DNA of 64,000 nucleotides from Escherichia coli (GTDB lineage Bacteria; Pseudomonadota; Gammaproteobacteria; Enterobacterales; Enterobacteriaceae): NCBI RefSeq assembly GCF_044324875.1, contig NZ_CP172185.1; one strand, 5' to 3'. Shown piece by piece: positions 10,437 to 20,989 of this stretch (position 1 is its first letter; each line of letters starts with the position of its first letter). The notes under the pieces were generated by a model. It saw only the letters and a program-made list of their open reading frames with translations, ran no database searches and was not told where the DNA came from. The position numbers and the translations under genes were made by a program.

Positions 10437-10892
10437 ATGCTGGATATAATCCTGGCGACGAGAGATATTTATTTTGAAAAAGCCCTGCGAGAGATATTTG
10501 GAACCGTAAGCAGTCGAATCAGATATATAGAAGATGCCATATCAGACAGAAGAAGGGTGCAGTCAGGCAGGTCATTCAGATATTATTTTGTATTCTGTGA
10601 TGATGAGTATACAGATATTGTTCGTATTCTTTTTACCGGAGAGGCCTGCTGTATTCTGAATAAGTCGATGCTGAATCTGAGAGCGGCCGGAGGTGTGTTG
10701 ACGCTGGAAGAGCGCAGAGCGGTACTGAACCGGTATTACAGAGGTTTAAGTATTGCGGAGATTACAGAAGAGACGGGGCAGAATGACAAGACGGTATACG
10801 GTCATCTTCGTCGTGCACTGCAGCGGTCTGGATTCCGGAAGGGGCGTTTTATAAAGGGGAGAGAAGCGGCGGGGGATTCAGGTGTTGAATAA
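10437..10892 (+). CDS. Putative small DNA-binding regulator (sigma-70 region-4-like helix-turn-helix)
   Basis: 151-aa ORF; C-terminal segment LSIAEITEETGQNDKTVYGHLRRALQR resembles an HTH. Confidence 0.4.
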   Translation: MLDIILATRDIYFEKALREIFGTVSSRIRYIEDAISDRRRVQSGRSFRYYFVFCDDEYTDIVRILFTGEACCILNKSMLNLRAAGGVLTLEERRAVLNRYYRGLSIAEITEETGQNDKTVYGHLRRALQRSGFRKGRFIKGREAAGDSGVE

Positions 10893-11275
10893 TGTATCTT
10901 ATATTGTGATATCGGTGCTGCTGCTGTTATTTTTTGTTGTATTTGTGACGAATGGTTAAGAATAAAACATGAGTTGGTGATTATCAGGACAGGTTGCTTG
11001 TATATGAAGATAACAAAGGCGGCATTTATTTTTGCGCTGTCAGTGTGGAGTGTTGCTGTGATATGTCTTTTATTATTTGTACTGGTTGTTCTGGGATAGC
11101 TATAGTGGAATTATTATTTTTTTAAGACTATGGTTTATATTTTTATTCGGCAATATTTCTGTAAACAATTAAATATCAGAAAGGCGTGTTGTATGCGTGA
11201 ACACGCCTGAGTATGTATACAGAGATTGTTAATTTGGAGAGAATAATTACAGTTGTTATTTATTTGACGTCCTGA

Positions 11276-11524
11276 TTAGTGAAAAAACCAGTCATCAGCA
11301 GTTTCCCAGACTTCCTGCAGCGTTTCCTGTATGAACTTCTGAGCGTTTTCTTTATCTACGGCTCTTAAAATGGTCAGTCCGTCATTACTGGCGGATTTTA
11401 CTATAACCTCCACATCGTCATATCGTTTTCTGATACGGCGAGACATTTCCTGTTGTAGAGCAGGTACAGAGCCTTTTGGCATTTTGCTGAATTTTTCTTT
11501 AGCGATACAGATCTCAACACGCAT
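11276..11524 (-). CDS. dinI: DinI-family protein (prophage-encoded)
   Basis: 82 aa; MRVEICIAK...[14 protein letters not shown] aligns with E. coli DinI (MRIEVTIAK...ETWESADDWF); RBS AGGAGGG. Confidence 0.8.
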   Translation of the reverse strand: MRVEICIAKEKFSKMPKGSVPALQQEMSRRIRKRYDDVEVIVKSASNDGLTILRAVDKENAQKFIQETLQEVWETADDWFFH

Positions 11525-11539
11525 AACCCCCTCCTGTAA

Positions 11540-11555
11540 CTGTAGTTATGTACAG
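11540..11555. promoter_or_regulatory. LexA-box-like operator CTGT-N8-ACAG immediately upstream of the dinI-like gene
   Basis: ctgtagttatgtacag matches the CTGT-N8-ACAG SOS box pattern. Confidence 0.5.
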
Positions 11556-11737
11556 GTGTTATTTTTAGCTGTGTGGATAACCAGTGTCAATTGGTAATAT
11601 TGCCTATGGGGCATGTATGGGACACTTTTTATCGGCGAAATCCGTCGAAGTTCGTCGACATCGAAAACGAATCATCTGTCCAACCCTTGAAAAATGGCGC
11701 TCCTGGACGATCTTCGTCGATTTTTAAAAATGTTGCG

Positions 11738-11806
11738 TCACGCGCGTAACGTGACAGGGTTAATATCACAAAGCAACGCCACTTCACCAATTGTGTAAAG
11801 CGCCAT
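11738..11806 (-). pseudogene. mlrA: 5' stub of mlrA (yehV): first 22 codons then a stop, marking the prophage-chromosome junction
   Basis: Minus-strand translation MALYTIGEVALLCDINPVTLRA* equals the MlrA N-terminus; downstream sequence is phage DNA. Confidence 0.65.
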
Positions 11807-12027
11807 CGTCTCACCCTTGCTCGCGAGGTCCCGGTTTAACTTTAGACGCAGTTTTGCGAACCAGGTAGTTTTGCCCGTTTTTTGTGCATCTATAGGGTGA
11901 TTTTATTTTTGCCAGGCGATTTTGAGTGATCGTACTCACGAATTCTCATTTTTCTGCAAGAGTTCAAAGAAAGTTAAACGCAGGCAATGTATGTTACGCG
12001 TTTTAAAGGGAAGTGTGGTTTGCGGGT

Positions 12028-13713
12028 ATGTACGATTTTAATCTGGTGTTGCTGCTGCTTCAGCAGATGTGCGTTTTTTTAGTCATTGCGTGGTTAATGA
12101 GTAAAACCCCATTATTCATACCGTTAATGCAGGTCACGGTTCGTCTGCCGCATAAATTTCTCTGCTACATCGTCTTTTCCATCTTCTGCATCATGGGCAC
12201 CTGGTTTGGGTTGCACATTGACGATTCTATTGCCAATACCCGTGCGATAGGCGCGGTAATGGGCGGCTTGCTCGGCGGTCCGGTCGTCGGTGGGCTGGTT
12301 GGTCTGACCGGCGGGTTACATCGATATTCGATGGGGGGCATGACCGCGCTAAGTTGCATGATCTCGACCATCGTTGAAGGATTGCTCGGCGGCCTGGTAC
12401 ACAGCATCCTGATCCGTCGCGGGCGCACTGATAAAGTCTTTAACCCCATTACCGCCGGTGCCGTCACGTTCGTCGCTGAAATGGTGCAAATGTTGATCAT
12501 CCTGGCGATCGCCCGACCTTATGAAGATGCGGTGCGTCTGGTGAGTAATATTGCTGCGCCAATGATGGTTACCAATACCGTCGGCGCGGCGCTGTTTATG
12601 CGTATATTGCTCGATAAACGCGCGATGTTTGAAAAATACACTTCGGCTTTTTCTGCCACTGCGCTAAAAGTGGCTGCCTCGACGGAAGGCATTTTGCGCC
12701 AGGGGTTTAACGAAGTGAACAGCATGAAAGTGGCACAGGTGCTGTATCAGGAGCTGGATATTGGTGCAGTCGCGATTACCGATCGAGAGAAATTGCTGGC
12801 CTTTACCGGAATTGGTGACGATCACCATTTACCCGGCAAACCGATTTCTTCGACTTACACCTTAAAAGCGATTGAAACCGGTGAAGTGGTCTACGCTGAT
12901 GGCAACGAAGTACCTTATCGTTGCTCTTTGCATCCGCAATGCAAACTGGGGTCGACGCTGGTAATTCCGTTGCGTGGCGAAAATCAGCGGGTGATGGGCA
13001 CCATCAAATTGTATGAAGCCAAAAACCGTTTATTCAGTTCAATCAACCGCACGTTGGGTGAGGGGATTGCGCAACTGCTTTCGGCGCAGATCCTCGCCGG
13101 GCAATATGAGCGGCAAAAAGCGATGCTCACCCAGTCAGAGATCAAACTGCTTCACGCCCAGGTGAATCCCCATTTTTTGTTTAATGCGCTTAACACCATT
13201 AAAGCGGTGATCCGTCGCGACAGCGAACAGGCCAGCCAGCTGGTGCAGTATCTTTCCACTTTTTTCCGCAAAAACTTAAAGCGGCCTTCGGAGTTTGTTA
13301 CTCTCGCCGACGAAATTGAACATGTGAACGCTTATCTGCAAATTGAAAAGGCGCGCTTCCAGTCGCGGTTGCAGGTCAATATTGCTATTCCGCAAGAATT
13401 ATCCCAGCAGCAATTGCCCGCGTTTACCCTGCAACCGATAGTGGAAAACGCCATTAAACATGGGACATCACAACTGCTGGATACAGGGCGAGTGGCGATC
13501 AGCGCCCGACGTGAGGGGCAACATTTGATGCTGGAGATCGAAGACAATGCCGGTTTGTATCAACCGGTAACCAATGCCAGTGGGCTGGGGATGAATCTGG
13601 TGGATAAGCGTTTACGTGAACGGTTTGGCGATGACTATGGGATAAGCGTCGCCTGTGAGCCTGATTGTTACACCCGAATAACGTTACGACTACCATGGAG
13701 GGACGAGGCATGA
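12028..13713 (+). CDS. btsS: Sensor histidine kinase BtsS (YehU), LytS family
   Basis: 561 aa from [13 protein letters not shown]...; multi-pass membrane N-terminus, GAF and HisKA_3/HATPase regions; overlaps btsR start (ATGA). Confidence 0.9.
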
Positions 13714-14429
13714 TTAAAGTCTTAATTGTCGATGATGAACCGCTTGCACGGGAGAACCTGCGCGTATTTTTGCAGGAGCAGAGCGATATTGAAATCGTTG
13801 GAGAGTGTTCAAACGCTGTAGAAGGGATCGGCGCGGTGCATAAACTGCGCCCGGATGTGCTGTTTCTCGATATCCAGATGCCGCGCATCAGTGGTCTGGA
13901 AATGGTGGGGATGCTCGACCCGGAACATCGACCGTATATCGTTTTTCTCACCGCGTTTGACGAATACGCTATTAAAGCCTTTGAAGAACATGCCTTTGAT
14001 TATCTGCTGAAGCCAATTGATGAAGCGCGACTGGAAAAAACGCTGGCGCGATTGCGTCAGGAGCGCAGCAAGCAGGATGTTTCTCTGTTACCGGAAAATC
14101 AACAGGCGCTGAAATTTATCCCTTGTACGGGGCATAGTCGGATTTATTTGCTGCAAATGAAAGATGTGGCATTTGTCAGCAGTCGGATGAGCGGTGTCTA
14201 CGTTACGAGTCACGAAGGGAAAGAGGGCTTTACCGAATTGACATTACGTACCCTGGAAAGTCGTACACCACTACTGCGCTGCCATCGTCAGTATCTGGTT
14301 AACCTCGCGCATTTACAGGAGATTCGTCTGGAAGATAACGGCCAGGCCGAGTTGATTTTGCGTAATGGCTTAACCGTGCCGGTCAGCCGCCGTTATCTGA
14401 AAAGCTTAAAAGAGGCGATTGGCCTGTAA
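13710..14429 (+). CDS. btsR: LytTR-family response regulator BtsR (YehT)
   Basis: [14 protein letters not shown]... receiver domain with C-terminal LytTR domain; 239 aa. Confidence 0.9.
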
Positions 14430-14475
14430 AAGGCTGCTAAAATGGCTTTTTGCCTCATCAACACCTGAAGGCCTC

Positions 14476-14946
14476 ATGCTAAGTAACGATATTCTGCGCA
14501 GCGTGCGCTACATTTTGAAAGCCAATAATAATGACCTGGTGCGTATTCTGGCGCTGGGTAATGTCGAAGCCACCGCGGAACAGATCGCCGTCTGGCTACG
14601 TAAAGAAGACGAAGAGGATTTTCAGCGTTGTCCGGACATTGTTTTGTCTTCCTTCCTCAATGGCCTGATTTATGAAAAACGCGGCAAGGATGAGTCTGCT
14701 CCGGCACTGGAGCCGGAACGTCGCATTAATAACAACATCGTGCTGAAAAAATTACGCATCGCGTTTTCGCTGAAAACCGATGACATTCTGGCGATCCTTA
14801 CCGAACAGCAGTTCCGCGTTTCGATGCCGGAAATTACGGCGATGATGCGTGCACCGGATCATAAAAACTTCCGCGAATGCGGCGATCAATTTTTACGTTA
14901 TTTTCTGCGTGGACTGGCAGCGCGCCAGCATGTGAAGAAAAGCTAA
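14476..14946 (+). CDS. yehS: DUF1456-family protein YehS
   Basis: 156 aa from MLSNDILRSVRYILK; synteny after btsR. Confidence 0.8.
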   Translation: MLSNDILRSVRYILKANNNDLVRILALGNVEATAEQIAVWLRKEDEEDFQRCPDIVLSSFLNGLIYEKRGKDESAPALEPERRINNNIVLKKLRIAFSLKTDDILAILTEQQFRVSMPEITAMMRAPDHKNFRECGDQFLRYFLRGLAARQHVKKS

Positions 14947-14955
14947 GACGGGTAT

Positions 14956-14981
14956 GGCGGCCATGCAAAAACATGGCCGCC
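14956..14981. terminator. Bidirectional intrinsic terminator hairpin between convergent yehS and yehR
   Basis: ggcggccatg-caaaaa-catggccgcc perfect 10-bp stem. Confidence 0.55.
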
Positions 14982-14987
14982 GACAGA

Positions 14988-15449
14988 TTATTTCACTTCT
15001 TTAAAACCAGCGGCTTTCATCACCAGTTCCATTTGCGCCATAGTGATACCTTTTTTGGCATCTTCAGCAGAAACGTTGATTCCTGAAATACCCTGCAGGG
15101 CTTTGAAATCCACTTTTTCCATATCGATAGTCACGTTTTCCTGCGCGTAGGTATCGGTATAGGTTAATTTTTCTTCAACACCCGCGATGTTTTTGTATTT
15201 GGCGCTTAACGGCTCAAGTGTCTTGGCAGCATCTTCTTTGGTGGTTGCACCAATGGAGGCAAATTGAATTTTGGTTTCAGAAGATTGCTTAAGCACCTTG
15301 TCACCTTTGTAGACATAGGTAATGGCAATTTCAGTACCGTTCAGATTGGCGCTGAATTTTTTCGATTCTTCTTTGTCACCGCAGCCAGCAAGAGAGAAAA
15401 CCAGAACAGATGCAACAACGAGGGAAAACAGCTTATTGAAAGCCTTCAT
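14988..15449 (-). CDS. yehR: Lipoprotein YehR (DUF1307)
   Basis: MKAFNKLFSLVVASVLVFSLAGC lipobox signal; 153 aa. Confidence 0.85.
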   Translation of the reverse strand: MKAFNKLFSLVVASVLVFSLAGCGDKEESKKFSANLNGTEIAITYVYKGDKVLKQSSETKIQFASIGATTKEDAAKTLEPLSAKYKNIAGVEEKLTYTDTYAQENVTIDMEKVDFKALQGISGINVSAEDAKKGITMAQMELVMKAAGFKEVK

Positions 15450-15573
15450 GTAAAACTCCATTTTATTTAATCAAGAAACTGGTGACTCTCACCAGGGGCT
15501 ATATAGGATATGCCTAATACCGTGGCGTGAGCAGTCCGGAACTGGAGTGGAACTCTTAGTAAAAAGCACTATT

Positions 15574-17574
15574 TCATCCTTGTTGCTGAAGCATGGGGAA
15601 TAATTGTTCGCAAAGCAAAACACCGTTATTCATTGCTTCTACCCGTGCCTCGCTTTCTGTATTACGAAATTGTGCCAACACATGTGCCAGCCGATAAAAA
15701 CCGACCGCGGTGAGGTCATTCGCCAGCAACTCTGCCTGACCAATAGCACTCTGTTCCTGATAGCGCCAGCCGTTATGGAGCAGTTGAATAAGTAACGCCT
15801 GGCAGCGCATCAGCAACTGATGAGCGGTAGACGGCACAGGCAAAACGCTGGCAGAAGGTAGCGGTGCCACAGGCGTAGTTTCTGCGTCCAGAGCCCAGGT
15901 ACGAGTCTTTGTCATCATTACCTGTGGTTCCAGTGTCAATTGCCCCTCTACAAAACTGACAAAGCCAGAAACCATACTCACGGGGTCCTCTGTTTGTTGT
16001 AACAGAGCTGCCATGCGTTCAACAGCAAAGGGCGAACAGGCAGAGGCTGGTAGGGATAATGTCAGCACGTTATCTTCACCTTCGCCGCTGATTACCTCCG
16101 CATCCAGCGTCTGGCGGCTGCTATCCCAACCGAGTGAAATACACTCAGCGACTGGCAGAATAAATAAGTTATCCACCTGATTAAGAGGCCGTATGCAGGC
16201 GGGGGGACGCTGGCGTAAATATTCCCGCAAAGCCACAATGCCCGGCTGGCGCAATGGCGCGCTCAACATTTGCCAGGCGTCTGGCGACAGCGGCACAACA
16301 CTACTCAAGCGGTTGCGGGTAGCTAACAACAGCTCGCCATCGGCACTGCGTTTTGCTGCTTGTGAAACAATTTGCCCACCTGCCAGTGCGCCAGCCTGAA
16401 AACTAAATAGCCGACGTTTTGCCGCAGGAGCGTTTTCTTGTTCGCTTCTCGGCCAACTACGCGAAAGGTGCAAAATACTGCCGGTGTCGGGATCGGTGAA
16501 CCAGATGCGTAAACCATACTGCTCAATATCCTGCCAGCAACGCATACCTAAAGACACCAGCCGCAGATGATCAAGCTTTGCTTCTCCGGCAATGCCAGCG
16601 CCAACGACCGTGCGCCACGGCACATGAGGAACTTCACCAACACTGTCGCGCCGGGCCATCTCTTGTGCGCAATTTAATCGACTGTTTAATGCCGCAAGCT
16701 GACGTAAGCATTCTCCGGCATGATAGTGACTGGCGCGGGCGTGGAAGGCATCAACGCTGGCGCGCAGTTGCCATAGCGATTCACTCACCCATCGCCAGTT
16801 GCAGCGTTCCGCTGCTTGCTGCGCGCGGCTGAAAGCGGCCTCGTAGTGAATAAGCGGCTGGCTGATGCCGCTCAGCCATAATGCCTGGCTTAGTTGCTGA
16901 ACATATTGACGACACGCGTTGCCCTCTTCGCTGGCAAACGGATCGTCAGATGATGTGACGTGTTCGCTGCGCATCTGCCAGATTAAATGAGTAAATTCCG
17001 CTTGCTGAGTTTTGGCCTCGACGAAGGCCTGCACAGCCAGTACGACATGTTCGCAAAGTGTGCCGTCAATACAATCACAACGGGCGAAACGAATACTGCT
17101 GCGGGAATAAAAACGCACATCGCTCATCGGTAAGCGGGCAGAGGGAATTTCGCCCGGCGTACAGAACAACTCAATGGTGATGCCTTTAGCGACCAGCGCC
17201 TGTGCGCGTTTGCGGGTGGCATCGGGAAGGGTAGCCAGTTCTTCCAGCCAGATTGCCGGATCCCACTCTTCTTCTTTTTCCGTAGGCTGGGTGGTGGCGC
17301 AAAGTCGCTGATAACTTAAAACCAGCATCACGCGATGGCGGCACATGCCGCTGGCCCCGCAGCTGCACTGAGCCTCTTTCAGTGCCTGACCGCTCGCCAG
17401 CTGGGTACGGACACCGTCACTGAAGGTGGCGATTAAAGCGCCGTTCTCATGACTGATTTCCGGGACGTTGCCATTTTCCAGTTCTTTAAGGCTGCGCTTA
17501 ACAAAACCGGCATTGCTTAACGCCGTCAGTGCCTGCGGTGTCAGTTCTAATAATTCCGGACGTAGTGAATTCAT
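15574..17574 (-). CDS. yehQ: SWIM zinc-finger protein YehQ
   Basis: CxC...CxH SWIM-like motif (CSCGASGMCRHRV); start overlaps yehP stop (ATGA). Confidence 0.8.
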   Translation of the reverse strand: MNSLRPELLELTPQALTALSNAGFVKRSLKELENGNVPEISHENGALIATFSDGVRTQLASGQALKEAQCSCGASGMCRHRVMLVLSYQRLCATTQPTEKEEEWDPAIWLEELATLPDATRKRAQALVAKGITIELFCTPGEIPSARLPMSDVRFYSRSSIRFARCDCIDGTLCEHVVLAVQAFVEAKTQQAEFTHLIWQMRSEHVTSSDDPFASEEGNACRQYVQQLSQALWLSGISQPLIHYEAAFSRAQQAAERCNWRWVSESLWQLRASVDAFHARASHYHAGECLRQLAALNSRLNCAQEMARRDSVGEVPHVPWRTVVGAGIAGEAKLDHLRLVSLGMRCWQDIEQYGLRIWFTDPDTGSILHLSRSWPRSEQENAPAAKRRLFSFQAGALAGGQIVSQAAKRSADGELLLATRNRLSSVVPLSPDAWQMLSAPLRQPGIVALREYLRQRPPACIRPLNQVDNLFILPVAECISLGWDSSRQTLDAEVISGEGEDNVLTLSLPASACSPFAVERMAALLQQTEDPVSMVSGFVSFVEGQLTLEPQVMMTKTRTWALDAETTPVAPLPSASVLPVPSTAHQLLMRCQALLIQLLHNGWRYQEQSAIGQAELLANDLTAVGFYRLAHVLAQFRNTESEARVEAMNNGVLLCEQLFPMLQQQG

Positions 17575-18707
17575 GACTGAAGATTCTCCGCAAGCCATGA
17601 TGCCAGCTCGCCCGGTGTCATGGCGGCTATTTGTGCGCCGACATTAACCAGCGCCTGGGCCGTATCGTGGTCATAGCAAGGTGTTGCGGTGCTATCGAGC
17701 GCCGCCAGTCCCAGCACTTTGATGCCGCTCTGGACACACTTTTTCACCTGTTGCGTCAGTAATGATGATGAACCCCCTTCGTAAAAATCGCTCACGAGGA
17801 TAATGACGCTTTTCGCTGGTTGTTCAATAATTTGCCGACCATATTCCATGGCACTGGCGATATTGGTTCCGCCGCCTAATTGCACTTTCATTAATAACTC
17901 TACCGGATCGGCAACATCTGCCGTGAGATCAACCACGCTGGTGTCAAACGCCACCAGATGGGTACGAATACCGGGTAACTGCCATAAACAGGCCGCCATC
18001 ACCGCTGAGTGGATCACCGAGTCCACCATTGATCCGCTTTGATCAACCAGTAAGACCAGTTGCCATTGTTCGCTTTGGCGTTTAATGCGGCTGTTAAAGC
18101 GGGGGGATTCGATATACAACTTGCCGTGTTGCGGGTGCCAGTGTTGCAGGTTGGCGCGCAGGGTACTTTTGAAATCAAAGTTTCGCGCCAGTGGAATAAA
18201 TGAGCGGCGACGGCGATCGCGGACACCAGAAAAAGCCTGACGAACTTCCTTTGCCAGTCGCGCCATAATTTCTTCAACAACCTGGCGTACTATCCGGCGG
18301 GCGGCAGCCAGTACTTCGGGATTCATCAGATGTTTGGTGTGCAAAACGGCGCGTAGCAGGCTTTCAGAAGGCTGCATACGTTCCAGCACGTCGAGATTCG
18401 TCACCACATCTTCAATGCCATAGCGCAGCACGGCATCGCTTTCCAGCCGCTCGATCACCTGTTGCGGAAACAGCGTGTGAATACTGTTGATCCACTCAGG
18501 GGTGGTGAGATTTGAGCAACCTAATCCACCGGAGCGTTCACCACGCTGGAGCCGTTCAGGATCGCGCCCATACAGCCACTCCAGCGCGTGGTCTATCTGC
18601 CGGGCATTGTCATCCAGCCCACAAAGGGTCGTTTCTGCCGCTTCGCCAAGAATTAATCGCCAGCGTTGTAGCTCACGGGTGGTCAGAAGATCGTTCAGTT
18701 CAGACAT
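17571..18707 (-). CDS. yehP: von Willebrand factor A domain protein YehP
   Basis: 378 aa from MSELNDLLTTREL; MIDAS-like LLVDQSGSM motif. Confidence 0.85.
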   Translation of the reverse strand: MSELNDLLTTRELQRWRLILGEAAETTLCGLDDNARQIDHALEWLYGRDPERLQRGERSGGLGCSNLTTPEWINSIHTLFPQQVIERLESDAVLRYGIEDVVTNLDVLERMQPSESLLRAVLHTKHLMNPEVLAAARRIVRQVVEEIMARLAKEVRQAFSGVRDRRRRSFIPLARNFDFKSTLRANLQHWHPQHGKLYIESPRFNSRIKRQSEQWQLVLLVDQSGSMVDSVIHSAVMAACLWQLPGIRTHLVAFDTSVVDLTADVADPVELLMKVQLGGGTNIASAMEYGRQIIEQPAKSVIILVSDFYEGGSSSLLTQQVKKCVQSGIKVLGLAALDSTATPCYDHDTAQALVNVGAQIAAMTPGELASWLAENLQS

Positions 18708-20979
18708 GGAAAACTCCCCAGTGTTGCAGCGATGCCAGTGCCTGCTGTTCGAGTTGTTGATGATGTGCAATGGCTTGCGGTGGACAATGCAACGGCATTT
18801 GCAGCGCTGAAACGGGAAGCTGTGCGAGCTGGTAATGCTCAAGCACCTGATGCGCCAGCGTCCCGCGTTCTCGTGGTGGTAGCCAGGCCATCGCCGCGCG
18901 TAAATCGGGCAGGGCGTTAATAAAATCGTCGTCACTCAGTTGATTTAAATGACTACTGAAACCGGCGATAAATGCCGGCTGACAGGCCAGTTGATGGCGG
19001 GCCAGCGCCAGCAAACCGTGCAGCGCTTCGCCGGATTGTGCCGGGGATAATTGCGCCAGCATTGTCAGCGCCGCTTCGGCACTGGCGTTGGGATGTTCCA
19101 GACGCATCAGTGCGCCAAGAGCCGCGCCGCGATCCAGCGCCGGGGCATGAATCGCCTGACTGCGACGCTCCAGTAAGGCTACCGCCGCAGAAAGCGAAAC
19201 GCCGGGTAAATTAACGCCGCTATGTAGATCGCGCAGGATATGGCAAAGCGTCTGCCAGCTATGCAGGTGAGCGTGAAACTCCTTTTCATCTGGTCTGCCG
19301 TTAGATTCACACAGCCACAGCGTGCGATCGATAGCCGCGCATAACGTCGTTTGTAATATCTGCGCGCCTTGCATACCGCTAATTTCATCCAGCCGCCATA
19401 AGGCATATAGCACTTCCAGCGCCTGGCCCATTTCGGCAAATTGATTTTCCTGGGCGATTAATAATGTGAGTTGCTCCAATAATTGTTGACTGAAGGACGC
19501 CAGACCCGCTAACGCCGCCTGGCTAAGACATGTGGTGATACTGCCGATTCCACCCGCGTCCAGCATATCGGCTTCTAATTTATGGCGTGCGGCTTCCTGG
19601 AGTGTGGCACCAAAGCAGGCGGCCTCAATCAATGCCGCATGCTGGCTAAGCGGGCGGGTTAATTTCCACTGTTCTTCACCGTTGCCTGCAAGTGTCAGTG
19701 TGCTTCCCTGCTGGCGTACAATCCCTGGGATCTCCAGTATTGCCAGCCGATGTAACACCTGACTTTGCGCTAGTCCATTGGGGTTAAAGCGATTTAAGGT
19801 AAGCTCCGCCGGAAGAGAGATTGCGGTACGTTCCAGTTCGCAGGTGACATCTTTTGGCAGAGGCGGTTGTGGCGTAGAAGGGGCAAGTTTACCGAATCCG
19901 TCACCCGCTAATGTGTCTATCAACGTTAGCAGAATCGGATCGGTATCGGGATGAATAACGCCGCGATAGCTCCACGGCAACGGCGCGTTCAAGGCTTCTT
20001 TAATCAGCGAGCCTGCTATGGCATCCAGCCAGTCAGTGCGTAACGGTAGTGTATGACCGCGCAACTGTGCCAGCGCCATCGCATGCAGATGAGCGGCAGC
20101 CATATCAGCGGTAGAAGCGGGCAATTTGTGCTGGCGCAAACGGGTAAGGATAGTTTTTAGCAGTTGTTCACCGGCCTGCTGTAGGCCCCACTGCCAGCAC
20201 CAGTTTTGCCAGACCGGGGCAGGCATACCAGAAAGGTATCCTGCCAGCACATCAAGGCGCTTTTCACTGTAGGGGGTGAGATAACAACCTGTAACGGCAT
20301 CATCCAGTAAGAGCAATTCTGGCGTGTTAATTACCTGCGGACATTCGCGCCACATTTTTGCCAGTGCCGGAGCGTGCCAGCCACCGCAGACAACTAACAC
20401 GTCGCCATTATTTTGCTGCATCGCCCATCCAATCCAGCGGGCCATAAAGGCTTCGCGCTGACGATTGAGAGCATCTCCGGGGGAGTCGCCCCGCAGTTGG
20501 GCAAAATAGTGCGCAAGTACAGAGGGTAATGCAGTTTGCTGGCTTTCATCTTCGAACAAGTGATCCCACAGGGTGTCGCTGTTATCCATGCGGGTGGCAC
20601 GCAGCAGCAAGGTCTGGCTTTCCTCTTGCGTATCAGGCGAATCGTCCTCTTCTTCACTCTGCGCCCAGCAAGGCAAATCGATGAAGTAAGTTTGTGCCTG
20701 AATACGACGAGCGGCTTGTAGCGCCTGCCACTCCGGCGAAAATTCAGCAAATGGCGTCCAGGCACCACGCCCGGGGGCTACACCGTCCTGATACTGGCAA
20801 TAACTGTAAATAGCTACCGGAAGCTGGTGGGCTAAAAACAGTTCGTCTACCCGGTCATTAAAATCAGCCGGGCCTTCAATCAACACGTATCGTGGCCGCT
20901 GGCTTTCGATTAACGATTTCACCAGCCGGGCGCAGGCCGGACTATGATGCCGGATGCCGACAATTAACGGCTCGCTCAT
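18700..20979 (-). CDS. yehM: Uncharacterised large protein YehM
   Basis: 759 aa from MSEPLIVGIRHHSP; operon position between yehL and yehP. Confidence 0.8.
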   Translation of the reverse strand: MSEPLIVGIRHHSPACARLVKSLIESQRPRYVLIEGPADFNDRVDELFLAHQLPVAIYSYCQYQDGVAPGRGAWTPFAEFSPEWQALQAARRIQAQTYFIDLPCWAQSEEEDDSPDTQEESQTLLLRATRMDNSDTLWDHLFEDESQQTALPSVLAHYFAQLRGDSPGDALNRQREAFMARWIGWAMQQNNGDVLVVCGGWHAPALAKMWRECPQVINTPELLLLDDAVTGCYLTPYSEKRLDVLAGYLSGMPAPVWQNWCWQWGLQQAGEQLLKTILTRLRQHKLPASTADMAAAHLHAMALAQLRGHTLPLRTDWLDAIAGSLIKEALNAPLPWSYRGVIHPDTDPILLTLIDTLAGDGFGKLAPSTPQPPLPKDVTCELERTAISLPAELTLNRFNPNGLAQSQVLHRLAILEIPGIVRQQGSTLTLAGNGEEQWKLTRPLSQHAALIEAACFGATLQEAARHKLEADMLDAGGIGSITTCLSQAALAGLASFSQQLLEQLTLLIAQENQFAEMGQALEVLYALWRLDEISGMQGAQILQTTLCAAIDRTLWLCESNGRPDEKEFHAHLHSWQTLCHILRDLHSGVNLPGVSLSAAVALLERRSQAIHAPALDRGAALGALMRLEHPNASAEAALTMLAQLSPAQSGEALHGLLALARHQLACQPAFIAGFSSHLNQLSDDDFINALPDLRAAMAWLPPRERGTLAHQVLEHYQLAQLPVSALQMPLHCPPQAIAHHQQLEQQALASLQHWGVFHV

Positions 20980-20989
20980 GCATCTTTCC

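Noticed and set aside
11629-11814. 61-aa minus-strand ORF
   Set aside because: Different frame overlapping the mlrA 5' stub and prophage junction; the in-frame MlrA N-terminus explains the region better.
12165-12500. 111-aa minus-strand ORF
   Set aside because: Antisense inside btsS.
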